Positions 29,647 through 40,460 of a DNA stretch of 49,908 nt are shown one piece after another. The stretch is taken from the NCBI GenBank assembly GCA_964468225.1, contig CAYXVC010000002.1, positions 5,016 through 54,923 on the forward strand, written 5' to 3'. The notes beneath the pieces are model-generated. The model was not told the DNA's origin, ran no database searches, and saw only the letters and a list, made by a program, of their open reading frames with translations. Positions within the stretch are counted from its first letter, which is position 1. Every line of letters begins with the position of its first letter. The stretch is from an uncultured Gammaproteobacteria bacterium (GTDB lineage: Bacteria; Pseudomonadota; Gammaproteobacteria; JAADGQ01). A program made the translations under genes and the position numbers.

Positions 29647-32016
29647 ATGGTAACGATCGAAATAGACGGAAAAATGATCCAGGCGGAAGATGGGGTGATG
29701 CTCATTGAAGCAGCGGATGAGGCTGGAATTAATATTCCACGATTTTGTTACCACAGTAAACTCTCTATTGCCGCCAGTTGCAGAATGTGCCTTGTTGAAG
29801 TTGAAAAGGCAGGCAAACCGCTTCCAGCATGTTCAACTCCTGTAACTGATGGTATGGCTGTTTTTACCCGCTCAGACAAAGCAATATCTGCTCAACAGGG
29901 TGTGATGGAGTTTTTATTAATCAATCATCCTTTGGATTGTCCGATCTGCGATCAGGGTGGTGAGTGTGAACTACAGGATCTTGCCGTGGGTTATGGTGGC
30001 AATGTCTCACAGTTTAGTGAAGGCAAACGCATTATAAAAGATAAAAATATTGGTCCGCTGATAGCGAGTGATATGACTCGTTGTATTCATTGTACTCGAT
30101 GTGTGCGTTTTACTCAGGAAATCTCCGGTACAAGTGAGCTGGGAACAAGTTGGCGTGGTGAGCATCTCACTATTGGAACCTTTGTAGAAAAAGAACTCGT
30201 TTCGGAAATGTCAGGCAATGTGATTGACCTTTGCCCTGTCGGTGCATTGACATCAAAACCCTTCAGATATAGTGCACGAGCATGGGAATTAAGTGCGCAT
30301 GATGGCATTGCAGCGCATGACTGCCTCGGATCAAATATAAAAATTGAAACACGCCGTAGCCGTGTAATGCGTGTGTTACCTCGTGATAACGAAGCACTTA
30401 ATGAGTGTTGGATTTCTGATAGAGATCGTTTCTCCTATGAAGGGTTGAATAGCGATGATCGCTTGAAAAAACCGATGATCAAGGTGGATGGCGAATGGCA
30501 GGAGACCGATTGGAACCATGCACTGGAATTCACACACCGTGGTTTGAAATCTGTTATTGATGCTCATGGAGCAACACAAATCGGCTCTCTGATTTCGCCA
30601 AACTCGACCACTGAAGAGATGTATTTGTCTCAGAAATTGATGCGGAGTCTGGGGTCTTCAAATATAGATCACCGATTAAGATGCCTTGATTTTAGTGATC
30701 AGAATTCCGCTCCAGCATTTCCTTGGTTGGGGCAAACAATTTCAGACCTAGAAACCATCGATACTGCGTTGCTGGTAGGTTCTAATATTACTGTTGAACA
30801 ACCCATTGCAGGTCATAGATTACGCAAGGCAGCTCTCAATGGAGCTCAGTTGATGTTCATTAATCCAGTGGATTATGCATTTCGTTTTCCAGTTGCAGAA
30901 AAACTGATCGCAACCCCTGTAAAAATCGAATCTGAGTTAGCGGCCATAGCAAAAGCGCTTCTGGATACTACGGGTACAAAAATCCCCGATGGTTTTAATA
31001 AGTTTATTGATCAACTGGATGTCACCGAAACACATCGAACGATTGCTGAAAATCTTCAAAAATCTGATAATGGCACACTGATTTTGGGCAGTGCTGCCGC
31101 ACACTATCCAAACTGGTCAACATTACGAGCGCTTTCCGGCTTGATTGCTGATTTAAGCCAAGTAAAACTGGGTTATTTGTCTGATGGGGCAAATAGTGCG
31201 GGTGGCTGGTTAGCGGGTGCTGTTCCTCATAGAACGCCCGATGGAGAGCAAGATGGAGAAATGGGCAAGCATGTTCGGGATATGTTTGGAACACAGCTAA
31301 AAGCTTATATGTTGCTTAACATTGAACCAGAGCTGGATTGTGCCGGCCCTAATTCTGCTTTAAACGGATTGAATAATGCGGACTTTGTTGTCTCTTTAAC
31401 GCCATATATAAGCGAGGAAATGAAACAGTATGCGGATGTTTTATTGCCCGTATCGACATTCAGTGAAACTTCAGGGAGTTTCATTAATATAGAAGGAACG
31501 AGGCAAGCGTTTAAAGGGTCGGTCTCTCCTCTGGGCGAATCCCGACCTGCCTGGAAAGTATTGCGTGTTCTGGGTAATTTATTTGAACTGGATGGTTTTG
31601 AATACCTTTCTACTGAAGAGGTGAGTGAAGAGTTGTTAGGGAAAATGGGTGACATTGAAAAAAGTAATATACTGCAATGGAAATGTCCCTCTTTAACAGA
31701 GCAGTCTGGAATTACTTGCCTGGTTGATGTTTCGCCTGGACGTACTGATAACGTTATTCGAAGAGCGGCTTCATTTGCTGACACGGCAGCTGAACAACTT
31801 ATTAATACAGTTCGAATAAATGAACGCTTGGCATCAGAAAAAAAACTGGAAAATGCCCAATTGATTTCAATCAAACAAGGGGATGATGAAGTTATTTTAG
31901 AGTTGATGATTGATAATTGTGTGGCGAATGGTAGTATTTTGGTGCAGTCAAATAGTCGATTAGGTTTAGCTGCAGGAGAGCGTGCGGTTCAATTAAAAAT
32001 TGTTACAGATAAGTAA
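29647..32016 (+). CDS. nuoG: NADH-quinone oxidoreductase subunit G
   Basis: PRFCYH, CRMC, NHPLDCPICDQGGEC, RCIHCTRC, CPVGAL. Confidence 0.98.
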   Translation: MVTIEIDGKMIQAEDGVMLIEAADEAGINIPRFCYHSKLSIAASCRMCLVEVEKAGKPLPACSTPVTDGMAVFTRSDKAISAQQGVMEFLLINHPLDCPICDQGGECELQDLAVGYGGNVSQFSEGKRIIKDKNIGPLIASDMTRCIHCTRCVRFTQEISGTSELGTSWRGEHLTIGTFVEKELVSEMSGNVIDLCPVGALTSKPFRYSARAWELSAHDGIAAHDCLGSNIKIETRRSRVMRVLPRDNEALNECWISDRDRFSYEGLNSDDRLKKPMIKVDGEWQETDWNHALEFTHRGLKSVIDAHGATQIGSLISPNSTTEEMYLSQKLMRSLGSSNIDHRLRCLDFSDQNSAPAFPWLGQTISDLETIDTALLVGSNITVEQPIAGHRLRKAALNGAQLMFINPVDYAFRFPVAEKLIATPVKIESELAAIAKALLDTTGTKIPDGFNKFIDQLDVTETHRTIAENLQKSDNGTLILGSAAAHYPNWSTLRALSGLIADLSQVKLGYLSDGANSAGGWLAGAVPHRTPDGEQDGEMGKHVRDMFGTQLKAYMLLNIEPELDCAGPNSALNGLNNADFVVSLTPYISEEMKQYADVLLPVSTFSETSGSFINIEGTRQAFKGSVSPLGESRPAWKVLRVLGNLFELDGFEYLSTEEVSEELLGKMGDIEKSNILQWKCPSLTEQSGITCLVDVSPGRTDNVIRRAASFADTAAEQLINTVRINERLASEKKLENAQLISIKQGDDEVILELMIDNCVANGSILVQSNSRLGLAAGERAVQLKIVTDK

Positions 32017-32116
32017 AAATAAATAGAGTTTTATGGGGGGTAGAGTTGCATTTTTAGTGCTTTTCTACCTGAACGTTATCCATACCGGTTTTGTCCGGGA
32101 AAGCAAATAGCTGTAA

Positions 32117-33169
32117 ATGCCAATGATAGAGTTGCTACAAACAACATGGAATGAAGTGCCGTTAGTGCTTCAAATCATATTGAAAATTATTGTAATCGTT
32201 GTTCCGATTATGTTGTCAGTTGCTTATTTGACCTTAGCTGAACGTAAAGTTATTGGTTATATTCAAGTACGTATCGGGCCTAACCGTGTGGGGCCTCGCG
32301 GTCTGTTGCAGCCTATTGCCGATGGTCTCAAACTTGCTTTAAAAGAGGTCATCATACCGACCAATTCAAATCGTTATCTATTCTTGCTTGGGCCTCTTTT
32401 AACACTCGCACCCGCATTAATTGCATGGGCTGTTATTCCTTTTGACGAAGGTGTCGTGCTTGCGGATTTAAATGCAGGGCTTTTATATGCGCTAGCGATT
32501 ATGTCGCTTGGTGTTTATGGGGTTCTTATTTCCGGCTGGGCTTCTAACTCCAAGTACGCACTGATCAGTGCTGTTCGAATGGGCGCTCAAATGATCTCTT
32601 ATGGAATAGCCATGGGTTTTGCTCTGGTCGGTGTTGTATTGGCTGCGGGTTCATTGAACCTTCAAGAGATCGTATTGGCACAAGAAGGAAGTTTTATTCA
32701 CTGGTTCTGGTTGCCTCTGGCTCCTCTGTTTCTGGTCTACTTTATTTCAGGTGTTGCAGAAACCAATCGTGCCCCTTTTGATGTTGCTGAAGGCGAATCA
32801 GAAATTGTTGCAGGGTTTCATGTTGAGTATTCAGGTATGGCGTTTGCGCTGTTTTTTCTTGCCGAATATGCAAACATGATTTTTATATCTATATTAACTG
32901 CCGTCATGTTTTTGGGAGGGTGGTTGTCTCCATTTCAAGGCATACCAGGCCTTGAGTCCCTATTTTCCTGGGTTCCTGGAATTGTTTGGCTATTAGCCAA
33001 AACTGCGTTTTTACTTTTCTTCTTTTTGTGGTTTCGTGCAACATTTCCACGTTATCGTTATGACCAATTGATGCGCTTGGGATGGAAAATATTCATTCCG
33101 GTTACAATCGTATGGCTGTTGGTGACAGGGTTGGCGGTAGTGGCTCATTTAGGGCCATGGTTTGATTGA
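32117..33169 (+). CDS. nuoH: NADH-quinone oxidoreductase subunit H
   Basis: [36 protein letters not shown]. Confidence 0.98.
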   Translation: MPMIELLQTTWNEVPLVLQIILKIIVIVVPIMLSVAYLTLAERKVIGYIQVRIGPNRVGPRGLLQPIADGLKLALKEVIIPTNSNRYLFLLGPLLTLAPALIAWAVIPFDEGVVLADLNAGLLYALAIMSLGVYGVLISGWASNSKYALISAVRMGAQMISYGIAMGFALVGVVLAAGSLNLQEIVLAQEGSFIHWFWLPLAPLFLVYFISGVAETNRAPFDVAEGESEIVAGFHVEYSGMAFALFFLAEYANMIFISILTAVMFLGGWLSPFQGIPGLESLFSWVPGIVWLLAKTAFLLFFFLWFRATFPRYRYDQLMRLGWKIFIPVTIVWLLVTGLAVVAHLGPWFD

Positions 33170-33190
33170 TTTAGGGGTGTCGTTTCGAAT

Positions 33191-33676
33191 ATGAACTTAA
33201 AGCACTACATAAAAAGTTTTCTTCTTTGGGAGCTTGTTTTAGGGTTAAAGTTAACAGGAAAGTACCTGTTCGCAAAAAAAATAACGGTGCAGTACCCGGA
33301 AGAGAAAACACCACAATCCCCCCGGTTTCGTGGTTTGCATGCTCAACGTCGTTATGAAAATGGTGAAGAGCGCTGCATCGCATGCAAACTTTGCGAAGCC
33401 GTTTGTCCTGCTTTGGCGATTACTATAGAGTCTGAACAGAGAGAGGACGGATCTCGCAGAACAACCCGCTATGATATTGATCTTTTTAAATGTATCTATT
33501 GCGGATTTTGTGAAGAGTCATGTCCGGTCGATGCGATTGTCGAAACACGTCATTTTGAATATGTTTTTGAAAATAGAGAAGATAGCCTGATGACTAAAGC
33601 AAAACTATTAGAGGTTGGTGATCGGTTTGAATCTCAAATTGCTGCTGATCGTGAAAAAGATGCACCGTATCGCTAA
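33191..33676 (+). CDS. nuoI: NADH-quinone oxidoreductase subunit I
   Basis: Two CxxCxxCxxxCP motifs ([24 protein letters not shown]). Confidence 0.98.
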   Translation: MNLKHYIKSFLLWELVLGLKLTGKYLFAKKITVQYPEEKTPQSPRFRGLHAQRRYENGEERCIACKLCEAVCPALAITIESEQREDGSRRTTRYDIDLFKCIYCGFCEESCPVDAIVETRHFEYVFENREDSLMTKAKLLEVGDRFESQIAADREKDAPYR

Positions 33677-33714
33677 GGAACGCGCATGAAATACTTACTG
33701 ATTGATGTGAAATT

Positions 33715-34326
33715 ATGAATATAGAACCCATCGTTTTTTATCTGTTTTCGACCGTATTAGTCTTGTCTGCTATCGCCGTGGTTACGGTTCGAAATTCAGT
33801 GTTTGCTGCACTCTTTCTGGTTTTGGCATTTTTTACTTGTGCTGCACTCTGGATACTATTAGAGGCAGAGTTTCTCTCTTTGGTATTGATTTTGGTTTAT
33901 GTGGGTGCCGTCATGATTCTTTTCCTTTTTGTGGTGATGATGCTGGATATTAAGGATGCATCGCTTCAACAAGAAGGGTTTACAAAATATTTAATCACAG
34001 GCGGTTTAGTTGCGATTGTTATAGTGATTGAAATGGCCATCGTAGTTGGGCCAGAAAATTTCGGACTGGATAAATTTGCTGACCCGGTAGCTCGTGGAGC
34101 GGATTACAGTAATACCAAAGAGTTGGGCATGGTTTTATATACTGAGTATGTTTATCCATTTGAACTTGCGGCGGTAATACTTCTGGTTGCAATTATTGCT
34201 GCAATTGCATTAACAATGCGTCGCAGGCCACAAACAAAATATCAGGATCCATCAAAACAGATCATTGTTCGTAGTGAGGATCGGGTTCGTATTGTTAAGA
34301 TGGAATCACAAAAAATGAATGAGTGA
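33715..34326 (+). CDS. nuoJ: NADH-quinone oxidoreductase subunit J
   Basis: AEFL, VYVGAVMILFLFVVMML, PFEL. Confidence 0.96.
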   Translation: MNIEPIVFYLFSTVLVLSAIAVVTVRNSVFAALFLVLAFFTCAALWILLEAEFLSLVLILVYVGAVMILFLFVVMMLDIKDASLQQEGFTKYLITGGLVAIVIVIEMAIVVGPENFGLDKFADPVARGADYSNTKELGMVLYTEYVYPFELAAVILLVAIIAAIALTMRRRPQTKYQDPSKQIIVRSEDRVRIVKMESQKMNE

Positions 34327-34386
34327 TTTGATTTATTGATCATTCCTTAGCATATAAAACAAACATTGGTAGTGAACTAAACTATT

Positions 34387-34692
34387 ATGATAGCACTTTC
34401 AGATTTTTTGATTTTAGGCGCAATTTTATTTGCGATAGCGATTGTCGGGATATTTCTCAACCGGAAAAATATCATCATTATATTAATGGCGATTGAATTA
34501 ATGTTGCTCGCAGTGAATATGAATTTTGTCGCTTTTTCTCATTATCTGGGTGATATTTCCGGTCAGATTTTTGTTTTCTTTATATTGACGGTGGCAGCGG
34601 CGGAAGCCGCGATAGGTTTGGCAATATTGATGTTGGTATTTCGCAACCGCCGCTCCATTAATGTGAGTAACCTGGATAGCTTAAAAGGATAA
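34387..34692 (+). CDS. nuoK: NADH-quinone oxidoreductase subunit K
   Basis: [19 protein letters not shown]. Confidence 0.97.
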   Translation: MIALSDFLILGAILFAIAIVGIFLNRKNIIIILMAIELMLLAVNMNFVAFSHYLGDISGQIFVFFILTVAAAEAAIGLAILMLVFRNRRSINVSNLDSLKG

Positions 34693-34696
34693 ATAT

Positions 34697-36649
34697 ATGA
34701 AATTAGTTTATCTGGGTGTCGTGTTGGCACCACTTATTGGTTCAATTATTGCTGGTGTATTTGGCAAGTCCGTTGGTCGTTCAGGTGCCCATTGGGCTGC
34801 AACGCTGGGTGTCGCAATTTCTTTTATTCTTTCACTGGTGACATTCAATCATGTCGTATTGGGTGGTGCTCCGGTATTCAATGAAACGATCTATACCTGG
34901 ATGATCAGTGATGGATTTAGTTTTGAAGTCGGTTTCCTAGTCGATAATCTGACTGCCATGATGATGATTGTTGTGACTTTTGTCTCATTGATGGTGCATA
35001 TCTATACCATTGGTTATATGCATGATGATCCAGGTTATCAGCGGTTTTTCAGCTATATTTCGTTGTTTACTTTTTCTATGCTGATGCTGGTGATGGCGAA
35101 TAACTTCCTGCAGTTATTTTTTGGTTGGGAAGCCGTTGGTTTGGTCTCTTACCTTTTGATCGGTTTTTGGTATAAAAAAGAGACCGCTATTTACGCGAAT
35201 ATGAAAGCTTTTTTAGTGAACCGTGTCGGTGACTTTGGTTTCTTGTTAGGCATTGCAGCGGTGCTCATGTATTTCGGTAGCCTGAACTATGCAGAAGTAT
35301 TTGCTGACGCGCCGAGCGTGGCTAATCTGACCATGGAAATAATACCAGGTGTTGAATGGAATGTGATGACAGTGACTTGTATATTGCTTTTTATAGGGGC
35401 AATGGGTAAGTCAGCGCAGGTGCCTTTGCATGTCTGGTTGCCTGATTCAATGGAAGGCCCGACACCAATTTCAGCACTGATTCATGCTGCAACGATGGTA
35501 ACAGCCGGTATCTTTATGGTGGCCAGAATGTCGCCTATGTATGAATTGTCAGTGACTGCATTAAGCGTTGTTCTTGTGATTGGCGCTATCACAGCCTTGT
35601 TTATGGGGTTTTTGGGTATTATCCAGAACGACATCAAACGTGTTGTTGCTTATTCAACACTGTCTCAGTTGGGTTATATGACCGTTGCATTGGGCGCTTC
35701 TGCTTATGCTGCGGGCATGTTTCATCTGATGACTCATGCTTTCTTTAAAGCACTGCTTTTCCTGGCTGCCGGTTCAGTGATTATTGCCATGCATCATGAG
35801 CAGGATATTCGTAAAATGGGTGGTTTGAAAAAATATATGCCCATCACTTACTGGTGTATGTTGATTGGATCATTGGCATTGATTGGTTTTCCCGGTTTTT
35901 CAGGCTTCTTCTCAAAAGATGCCATTATAGAAGGTGTAAAAGCATCTCAAATTCCAGGCGCCGGTTTTGCTTACTTTTGTTTAGTTATCGGTGTGTTTGT
36001 AACTGCCTTCTATTCCTTCCGAATGTTTTTTCTGGTTTTTCATGGCAAGGAGCGAATGGACAAACATACTCAGGAACACCTACAGGAAAGTCCCAAAATT
36101 GTAACGATTCCACTTATATTGCTAGCAATACCTTCTATATTTATTGGACTGTTTGCAGTTGGCCCTTTTCTATTCGGTGACTTTTTTGCGAAAGCGATTT
36201 TTGTACTGCCCGAACATGATGTATTGGCTAAATTTGGTGAGAGTTATACCGGTGTATTAGGTTTTATATCTCATGGTTTGGTGACTCTTCCATTCTGGAT
36301 GGCGCTAGGCGGGGTGTTGTGTGCCTGGTTCTTATACCTGAAACGCCCGGATCTTCCTGCTCAAATAAAAGAGCGTTTTCAGATCCTATATAATATCCTC
36401 GATAAAAATTATGGGTTTGATATTTTTAATAACACTTTTTTTGCCGCAGGCAGTCGAGGGCTTGGAAAGCTTCTATGGAAAACCGGCGATGAGAAAGGGA
36501 TTGATGGAATTATGGTTAATGGTTCAGCGCGTGCGATTGGCTGGGTCTCAAGTAAAGTGAGAAACTTGCAGACGGGTTACTTGTTTCACTATGCGTTTGC
36601 GATGATTGTTGGGCTGATGCTGCTATTAAGCTGGTATTTACCTTGGTAG
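34697..36649 (+). CDS. nuoL: NADH-quinone oxidoreductase subunit L
   Basis: FGWEAVGLVSY, NRVGDFG, WLPDSMEGPTPISALIHAATMV, HAFFKALLF. Confidence 0.98.
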   Translation: MKLVYLGVVLAPLIGSIIAGVFGKSVGRSGAHWAATLGVAISFILSLVTFNHVVLGGAPVFNETIYTWMISDGFSFEVGFLVDNLTAMMMIVVTFVSLMVHIYTIGYMHDDPGYQRFFSYISLFTFSMLMLVMANNFLQLFFGWEAVGLVSYLLIGFWYKKETAIYANMKAFLVNRVGDFGFLLGIAAVLMYFGSLNYAEVFADAPSVANLTMEIIPGVEWNVMTVTCILLFIGAMGKSAQVPLHVWLPDSMEGPTPISALIHAATMVTAGIFMVARMSPMYELSVTALSVVLVIGAITALFMGFLGIIQNDIKRVVAYSTLSQLGYMTVALGASAYAAGMFHLMTHAFFKALLFLAAGSVIIAMHHEQDIRKMGGLKKYMPITYWCMLIGSLALIGFPGFSGFFSKDAIIEGVKASQIPGAGFAYFCLVIGVFVTAFYSFRMFFLVFHGKERMDKHTQEHLQESPKIVTIPLILLAIPSIFIGLFAVGPFLFGDFFAKAIFVLPEHDVLAKFGESYTGVLGFISHGLVTLPFWMALGGVLCAWFLYLKRPDLPAQIKERFQILYNILDKNYGFDIFNNTFFAAGSRGLGKLLWKTGDEKGIDGIMVNGSARAIGWVSSKVRNLQTGYLFHYAFAMIVGLMLLLSWYLPW

Positions 36650-36676
36650 TTGGAAATATAACAAGGATTCAATTGA

Positions 36677-38188
36677 ATGACTGATTTACCTTTTCTGAGT
36701 CTTGTCATCTGGCTGCCCATTATTGGCGGGATGATTGTACTTGCCGCGCATAAAGCAAGTGATAATACTGTTCGATGGTTGTCGTTAGCTATTTCTGTAC
36801 TTGTATTTCTGGTCTCCATACCGCTTTATACTTTATTTGATACCGCAACACATGAGATGCAGTTTACGGAAACGGCATCATGGATTCCTGCGTTCAATAT
36901 AAGTTATGCACTTGGTGTTGATGGTATTTCAATGCCATTGATCTTGTTGACCACCTTTTTTACTATCATTGTTGTTATTGCGGGTTGGGAAGTTATTAAA
37001 GAGAGAGTTGCGCTCTACATGGCTTCATTCCTGATAATGGAAGGCATGATGAATGGCGTGTTTGCAGCACTTGATGGCGTGCTGTTCTATGCTTTTTGGG
37101 AAGCGATGCTTGTACCGATGTTTTTGATTATAGGTATTTGGGGGGGCGCTGACAGAGTTTACGCAACGATCAAGTTTTTCTTGTATACCTTTTTGGGCTC
37201 AGTGCTTTTACTGATTACACTGATTTACCTCTATTCTCAGGTCGGTAGTTTTTCCATTCTGGCATTCCACGATGTACAAATTGGTATGACTGCCCAGATT
37301 TTGATTTTTCTTGCCATGCTGCTGGCATTTGCGGTCAAGGTGCCTATGTGGCCTGTTCATACCTGGCTGCCAGATGCGCATGTTCAGGCGCCTACAGGCG
37401 GTTCGATTATTCTAGCCGCCATTATGCTTAAACTGGGCGCATACGGGTTTGTACGTTTTATGATTCCAATTGCTCCTGATGCGAGTCAAGAGCTTGATTG
37501 GCTCATTGTTTCCCTCTCGTTAGTGGCTATTATTTACATCTCTTTTGTTGCCATTGTGCAAGAAGACATGAAAAAACTTATTGCTTATTCATCCATCGCC
37601 CATATGGGCTTTGCAACGCTGGGTTTCTTTTTGGTCTACGGTATTCTGGAAAATACAGGTTCTACTCAGGGCGCAGCACTGGGTATAGAGGGTGGTTTGG
37701 TACAACTTATATCTCATGGGTTCATTTCCGGGGCTATGTTCTATTGTATTGGTATAATGTATGACAGAATGCATTCACGTCGAATCAGTGACTATGGCGG
37801 TGTTGTGAATACAATGCCCATATTTGCTGCTTTCTTTGTGCTTTTTGCTATGGCTAATACCGGGCTTCCAGGAACTTCCGGGTTTGTGGGTGAGTTTATG
37901 GTTATTTTAAGTGCATTTCAGTCAAATTTCTGGATCGCTTTCCTAGCGGCAACAACACTGATTTTTGGCGCTGCGTATACATTGTGGTTAATCAAGCGGG
38001 TTATTTTTGGTGAGATTGCTAATGATAACGTTGCGGCACTTAAAGATGTGAACAAACGAGAAATTTTTATACTGAGTGTGTTAGCTTTTTTTGTATTGGC
38101 TTTAGGAGTGTATCCAGATCCATTGGTCGAAGTGATGCATAGCTCGGTTGACCATTTAGTCGAACAGGCTGTCACTTCGAAGCTCTGA
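36677..38188 (+). CDS. nuoM: NADH-quinone oxidoreductase subunit M
   Basis: GVDGIS, VKVPMWPVHTWLPDAH, KKLIAYSS, GLPGTSGFVGEF. Confidence 0.98.
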   Translation: MTDLPFLSLVIWLPIIGGMIVLAAHKASDNTVRWLSLAISVLVFLVSIPLYTLFDTATHEMQFTETASWIPAFNISYALGVDGISMPLILLTTFFTIIVVIAGWEVIKERVALYMASFLIMEGMMNGVFAALDGVLFYAFWEAMLVPMFLIIGIWGGADRVYATIKFFLYTFLGSVLLLITLIYLYSQVGSFSILAFHDVQIGMTAQILIFLAMLLAFAVKVPMWPVHTWLPDAHVQAPTGGSIILAAIMLKLGAYGFVRFMIPIAPDASQELDWLIVSLSLVAIIYISFVAIVQEDMKKLIAYSSIAHMGFATLGFFLVYGILENTGSTQGAALGIEGGLVQLISHGFISGAMFYCIGIMYDRMHSRRISDYGGVVNTMPIFAAFFVLFAMANTGLPGTSGFVGEFMVILSAFQSNFWIAFLAATTLIFGAAYTLWLIKRVIFGEIANDNVAALKDVNKREIFILSVLAFFVLALGVYPDPLVEVMHSSVDHLVEQAVTSKL

Positions 38189-38232
38189 GTTATCTTATAT
38201 ATTAGTTTAAGGAACCAAGGTATTTAAGAAAT

Positions 38233-39669
38233 ATGAATTTCATCACACCAGATTTTATGCCAGCTTTGCCCGAGATTTTCGTTTTAACGATGGCATGTGT
38301 TGTGCTGATTATTGATCTCTTTCTTAAAAACGAGCATCGAGGGGTTATCTATCTATTGGTATTGGTGACTTTGGTAGGCGCTGCGGGACTCACGCTATTT
38401 TTACACACACCAGAGCCAGTAGTCACCTTTAATGGTACGTTCATTAAAGATACGATGAGTGATGTACTCAAGGTGTTTATCTACTTGGTGAGCGGCATTG
38501 TTTTTCTCTACTCGCGTGATTATCTTGTGGAACGTAATATGTTTAAAGGGGAGTATTTCTCTTTAGGGCTGTTTGCGGTATTGGGCATGATGGTGCTCGT
38601 TTCTGCCAACAACATGATTACAATCTACCTTGGTCTGGAGCTGATGTCTCTGGCTTTGTATGCAATGGTGGCCTTTCAACGTGATGACCAAAATGCAGTT
38701 GAAGCGGCAATGAAATACTTTGTTTTGGGCGCGATTGCTTCGGGTTTATTGCTCTACGGAATGTCCATTATTTATGGTATGACCGGCACATTGGATATCG
38801 CAGAAATAAGCCTGAAAGTTTCAGCAATGCCTTCGGATAATATTGTTTTATTATTCGGTGTTGTTTTCATTCTTGTCGGCCTTGCATTCAAACTCGGGGC
38901 GGTTCCATTTCATATGTGGATTCCTGATGTTTATCATGGTGCGCCGACAGCGGTGACACTCTTTATTGCAACGGCACCCAAAATAGCAGCTTTTGGTATG
39001 TTAATGCGTTTGTTGGTCGATGGCTTGGGTAGCCTTCAGGTGCATTGGCAAGAGATGTTGATCGCATTGGCTGTGATGTCCATTATCTTTGGCAATGTGA
39101 TTGCTATTGCACAGACCAACATCAAACGCATGTTGGCTTATTCAACGATTTCACATGTCGGTTTTCTGCTGTTGGGAATTATTGCTGGCGGGGCCAATGG
39201 CTATTCGTCAGCAATGCTTTACGTTATTGTTTATACATTGATGGGGCTGGGCGGCTTCGGAATGATTATTATGATGAGTCGAGCGGGCTTTGAAGCGGAT
39301 GAGCTGGATGACCTGAAAGGGCTTGCCAAGCGCAGCCCATGGTTTGCATCCATGATGGTTCTCATTATGCTCTCTATGGCAGGCATTCCTCCATTGATCG
39401 GGTTTTTTGCTAAGTTAGCTGTGTTGCAGGCTGTTATTGATGCCGGTTATGTATGGTTGGCTGTATTGGCTGTATTGTTCTCTGTGGTAGGTGCGTACTA
39501 CTATTTGAGAGTAATATGGTACATGGTGTTTGAAGAGCCAAAAGAAACGACTCCCATCAAGGCTTCTTTTGATGTTCAGGTTGTTATGAGCCTCAATGGA
39601 TTAGGAATGCTTGCACTAGGGCTTTTCCCCGCGTCATTGATTGCGATGTGTGCGGCAGCATTCGGTTGA
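38233..39669 (+). CDS. nuoN: NADH-quinone oxidoreductase subunit N
   Basis: [41 protein letters not shown]. Confidence 0.98.
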   Translation: MNFITPDFMPALPEIFVLTMACVVLIIDLFLKNEHRGVIYLLVLVTLVGAAGLTLFLHTPEPVVTFNGTFIKDTMSDVLKVFIYLVSGIVFLYSRDYLVERNMFKGEYFSLGLFAVLGMMVLVSANNMITIYLGLELMSLALYAMVAFQRDDQNAVEAAMKYFVLGAIASGLLLYGMSIIYGMTGTLDIAEISLKVSAMPSDNIVLLFGVVFILVGLAFKLGAVPFHMWIPDVYHGAPTAVTLFIATAPKIAAFGMLMRLLVDGLGSLQVHWQEMLIALAVMSIIFGNVIAIAQTNIKRMLAYSTISHVGFLLLGIIAGGANGYSSAMLYVIVYTLMGLGGFGMIIMMSRAGFEADELDDLKGLAKRSPWFASMMVLIMLSMAGIPPLIGFFAKLAVLQAVIDAGYVWLAVLAVLFSVVGAYYYLRVIWYMVFEEPKETTPIKASFDVQVVMSLNGLGMLALGLFPASLIAMCAAAFG

Positions 39670-39744
39670 AAAAAACTATGGAACTATCTGCATTAAAAAG
39701 TTACAAACTAACCGATAAATACTGACTTAAACAAAGTAACAGGA

Positions 39745-40431
39745 ATGAGAATGAAAATTTTTAAATACGCTGCGGTTTTGCCTTTATGTTTTTCTTCTGT
39801 ATTAGCAGTTCAGGCGGGATCGCTTGATAGTGATGAAAAGAAATTTAGTTATTTACAAGGTTACAAAGCAGGGAAAATGGTTGTTGCAGAGAATCCTGAT
39901 TTTGATATTAAATCTTTTAATATGGCGATGGATGATGCTCTTAATGGTAAAGATCCAAAGCTTAGCGAAGAGGAAATTAAAGCAACAGTAGAAGCTGTGC
40001 AACAAAAAATGATTGCTAATATTAAAGCAGCGGCAGAAAAAAACCTCAAAGTGGGGGAAGAGTATCTGGAAGCTAATAAGAAAAAAGAGGGTGTAAAAAC
40101 AACATCAAGTGGCTTGCAGTACCAAATTATTAAAAAAGGCAACGGTAAAAAACCAACTACCGAAGATAATGTCACAGTTCATTACCGCGGTACTTTGATC
40201 GACGGCAAAGAGTTTGATAGCTCTTATAGTCGTAATAAACCTGCAACATTCCCGGTGGGTGGTGTTGTACAGGGTTGGCAAGAAGCATTGCCGATGATGA
40301 AAGAAGGTGCTAAATGGAAAATCTTTGTTCCAGCCAGTCTTGCTTACGGTACGAGGGGCGCGCCACCTAATATTGGCCCTAATGAAACACTTATTTTTGA
40401 AATAGAACTAATATCAATTGGTGATAAATAA
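39745..40431 (+). CDS. FKBP-type peptidyl-prolyl isomerase (Mip/FkpA-like), exported
   Basis: Signal peptide, N-terminal dimerisation helices, SGLQY, VHYRGTLIDGKEFDSS, LAYG, LIFEIEL. Confidence 0.95.
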   Translation: MRMKIFKYAAVLPLCFSSVLAVQAGSLDSDEKKFSYLQGYKAGKMVVAENPDFDIKSFNMAMDDALNGKDPKLSEEEIKATVEAVQQKMIANIKAAAEKNLKVGEEYLEANKKKEGVKTTSSGLQYQIIKKGNGKKPTTEDNVTVHYRGTLIDGKEFDSSYSRNKPATFPVGGVVQGWQEALPMMKEGAKWKIFVPASLAYGTRGAPPNIGPNETLIFEIELISIGDK

Positions 40432-40460
40432 GGATTTTGGCAAAGTTGGCCATGAAGGTA

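Noticed and set aside
31305-31874. Long antisense ORFs (189 aa here; also 23050-23508, 45768-46202, 41797-42177)
   Set aside because: They lie entirely opposite well-conserved genes, have no recognisable motifs, and are expected shadow ORFs.
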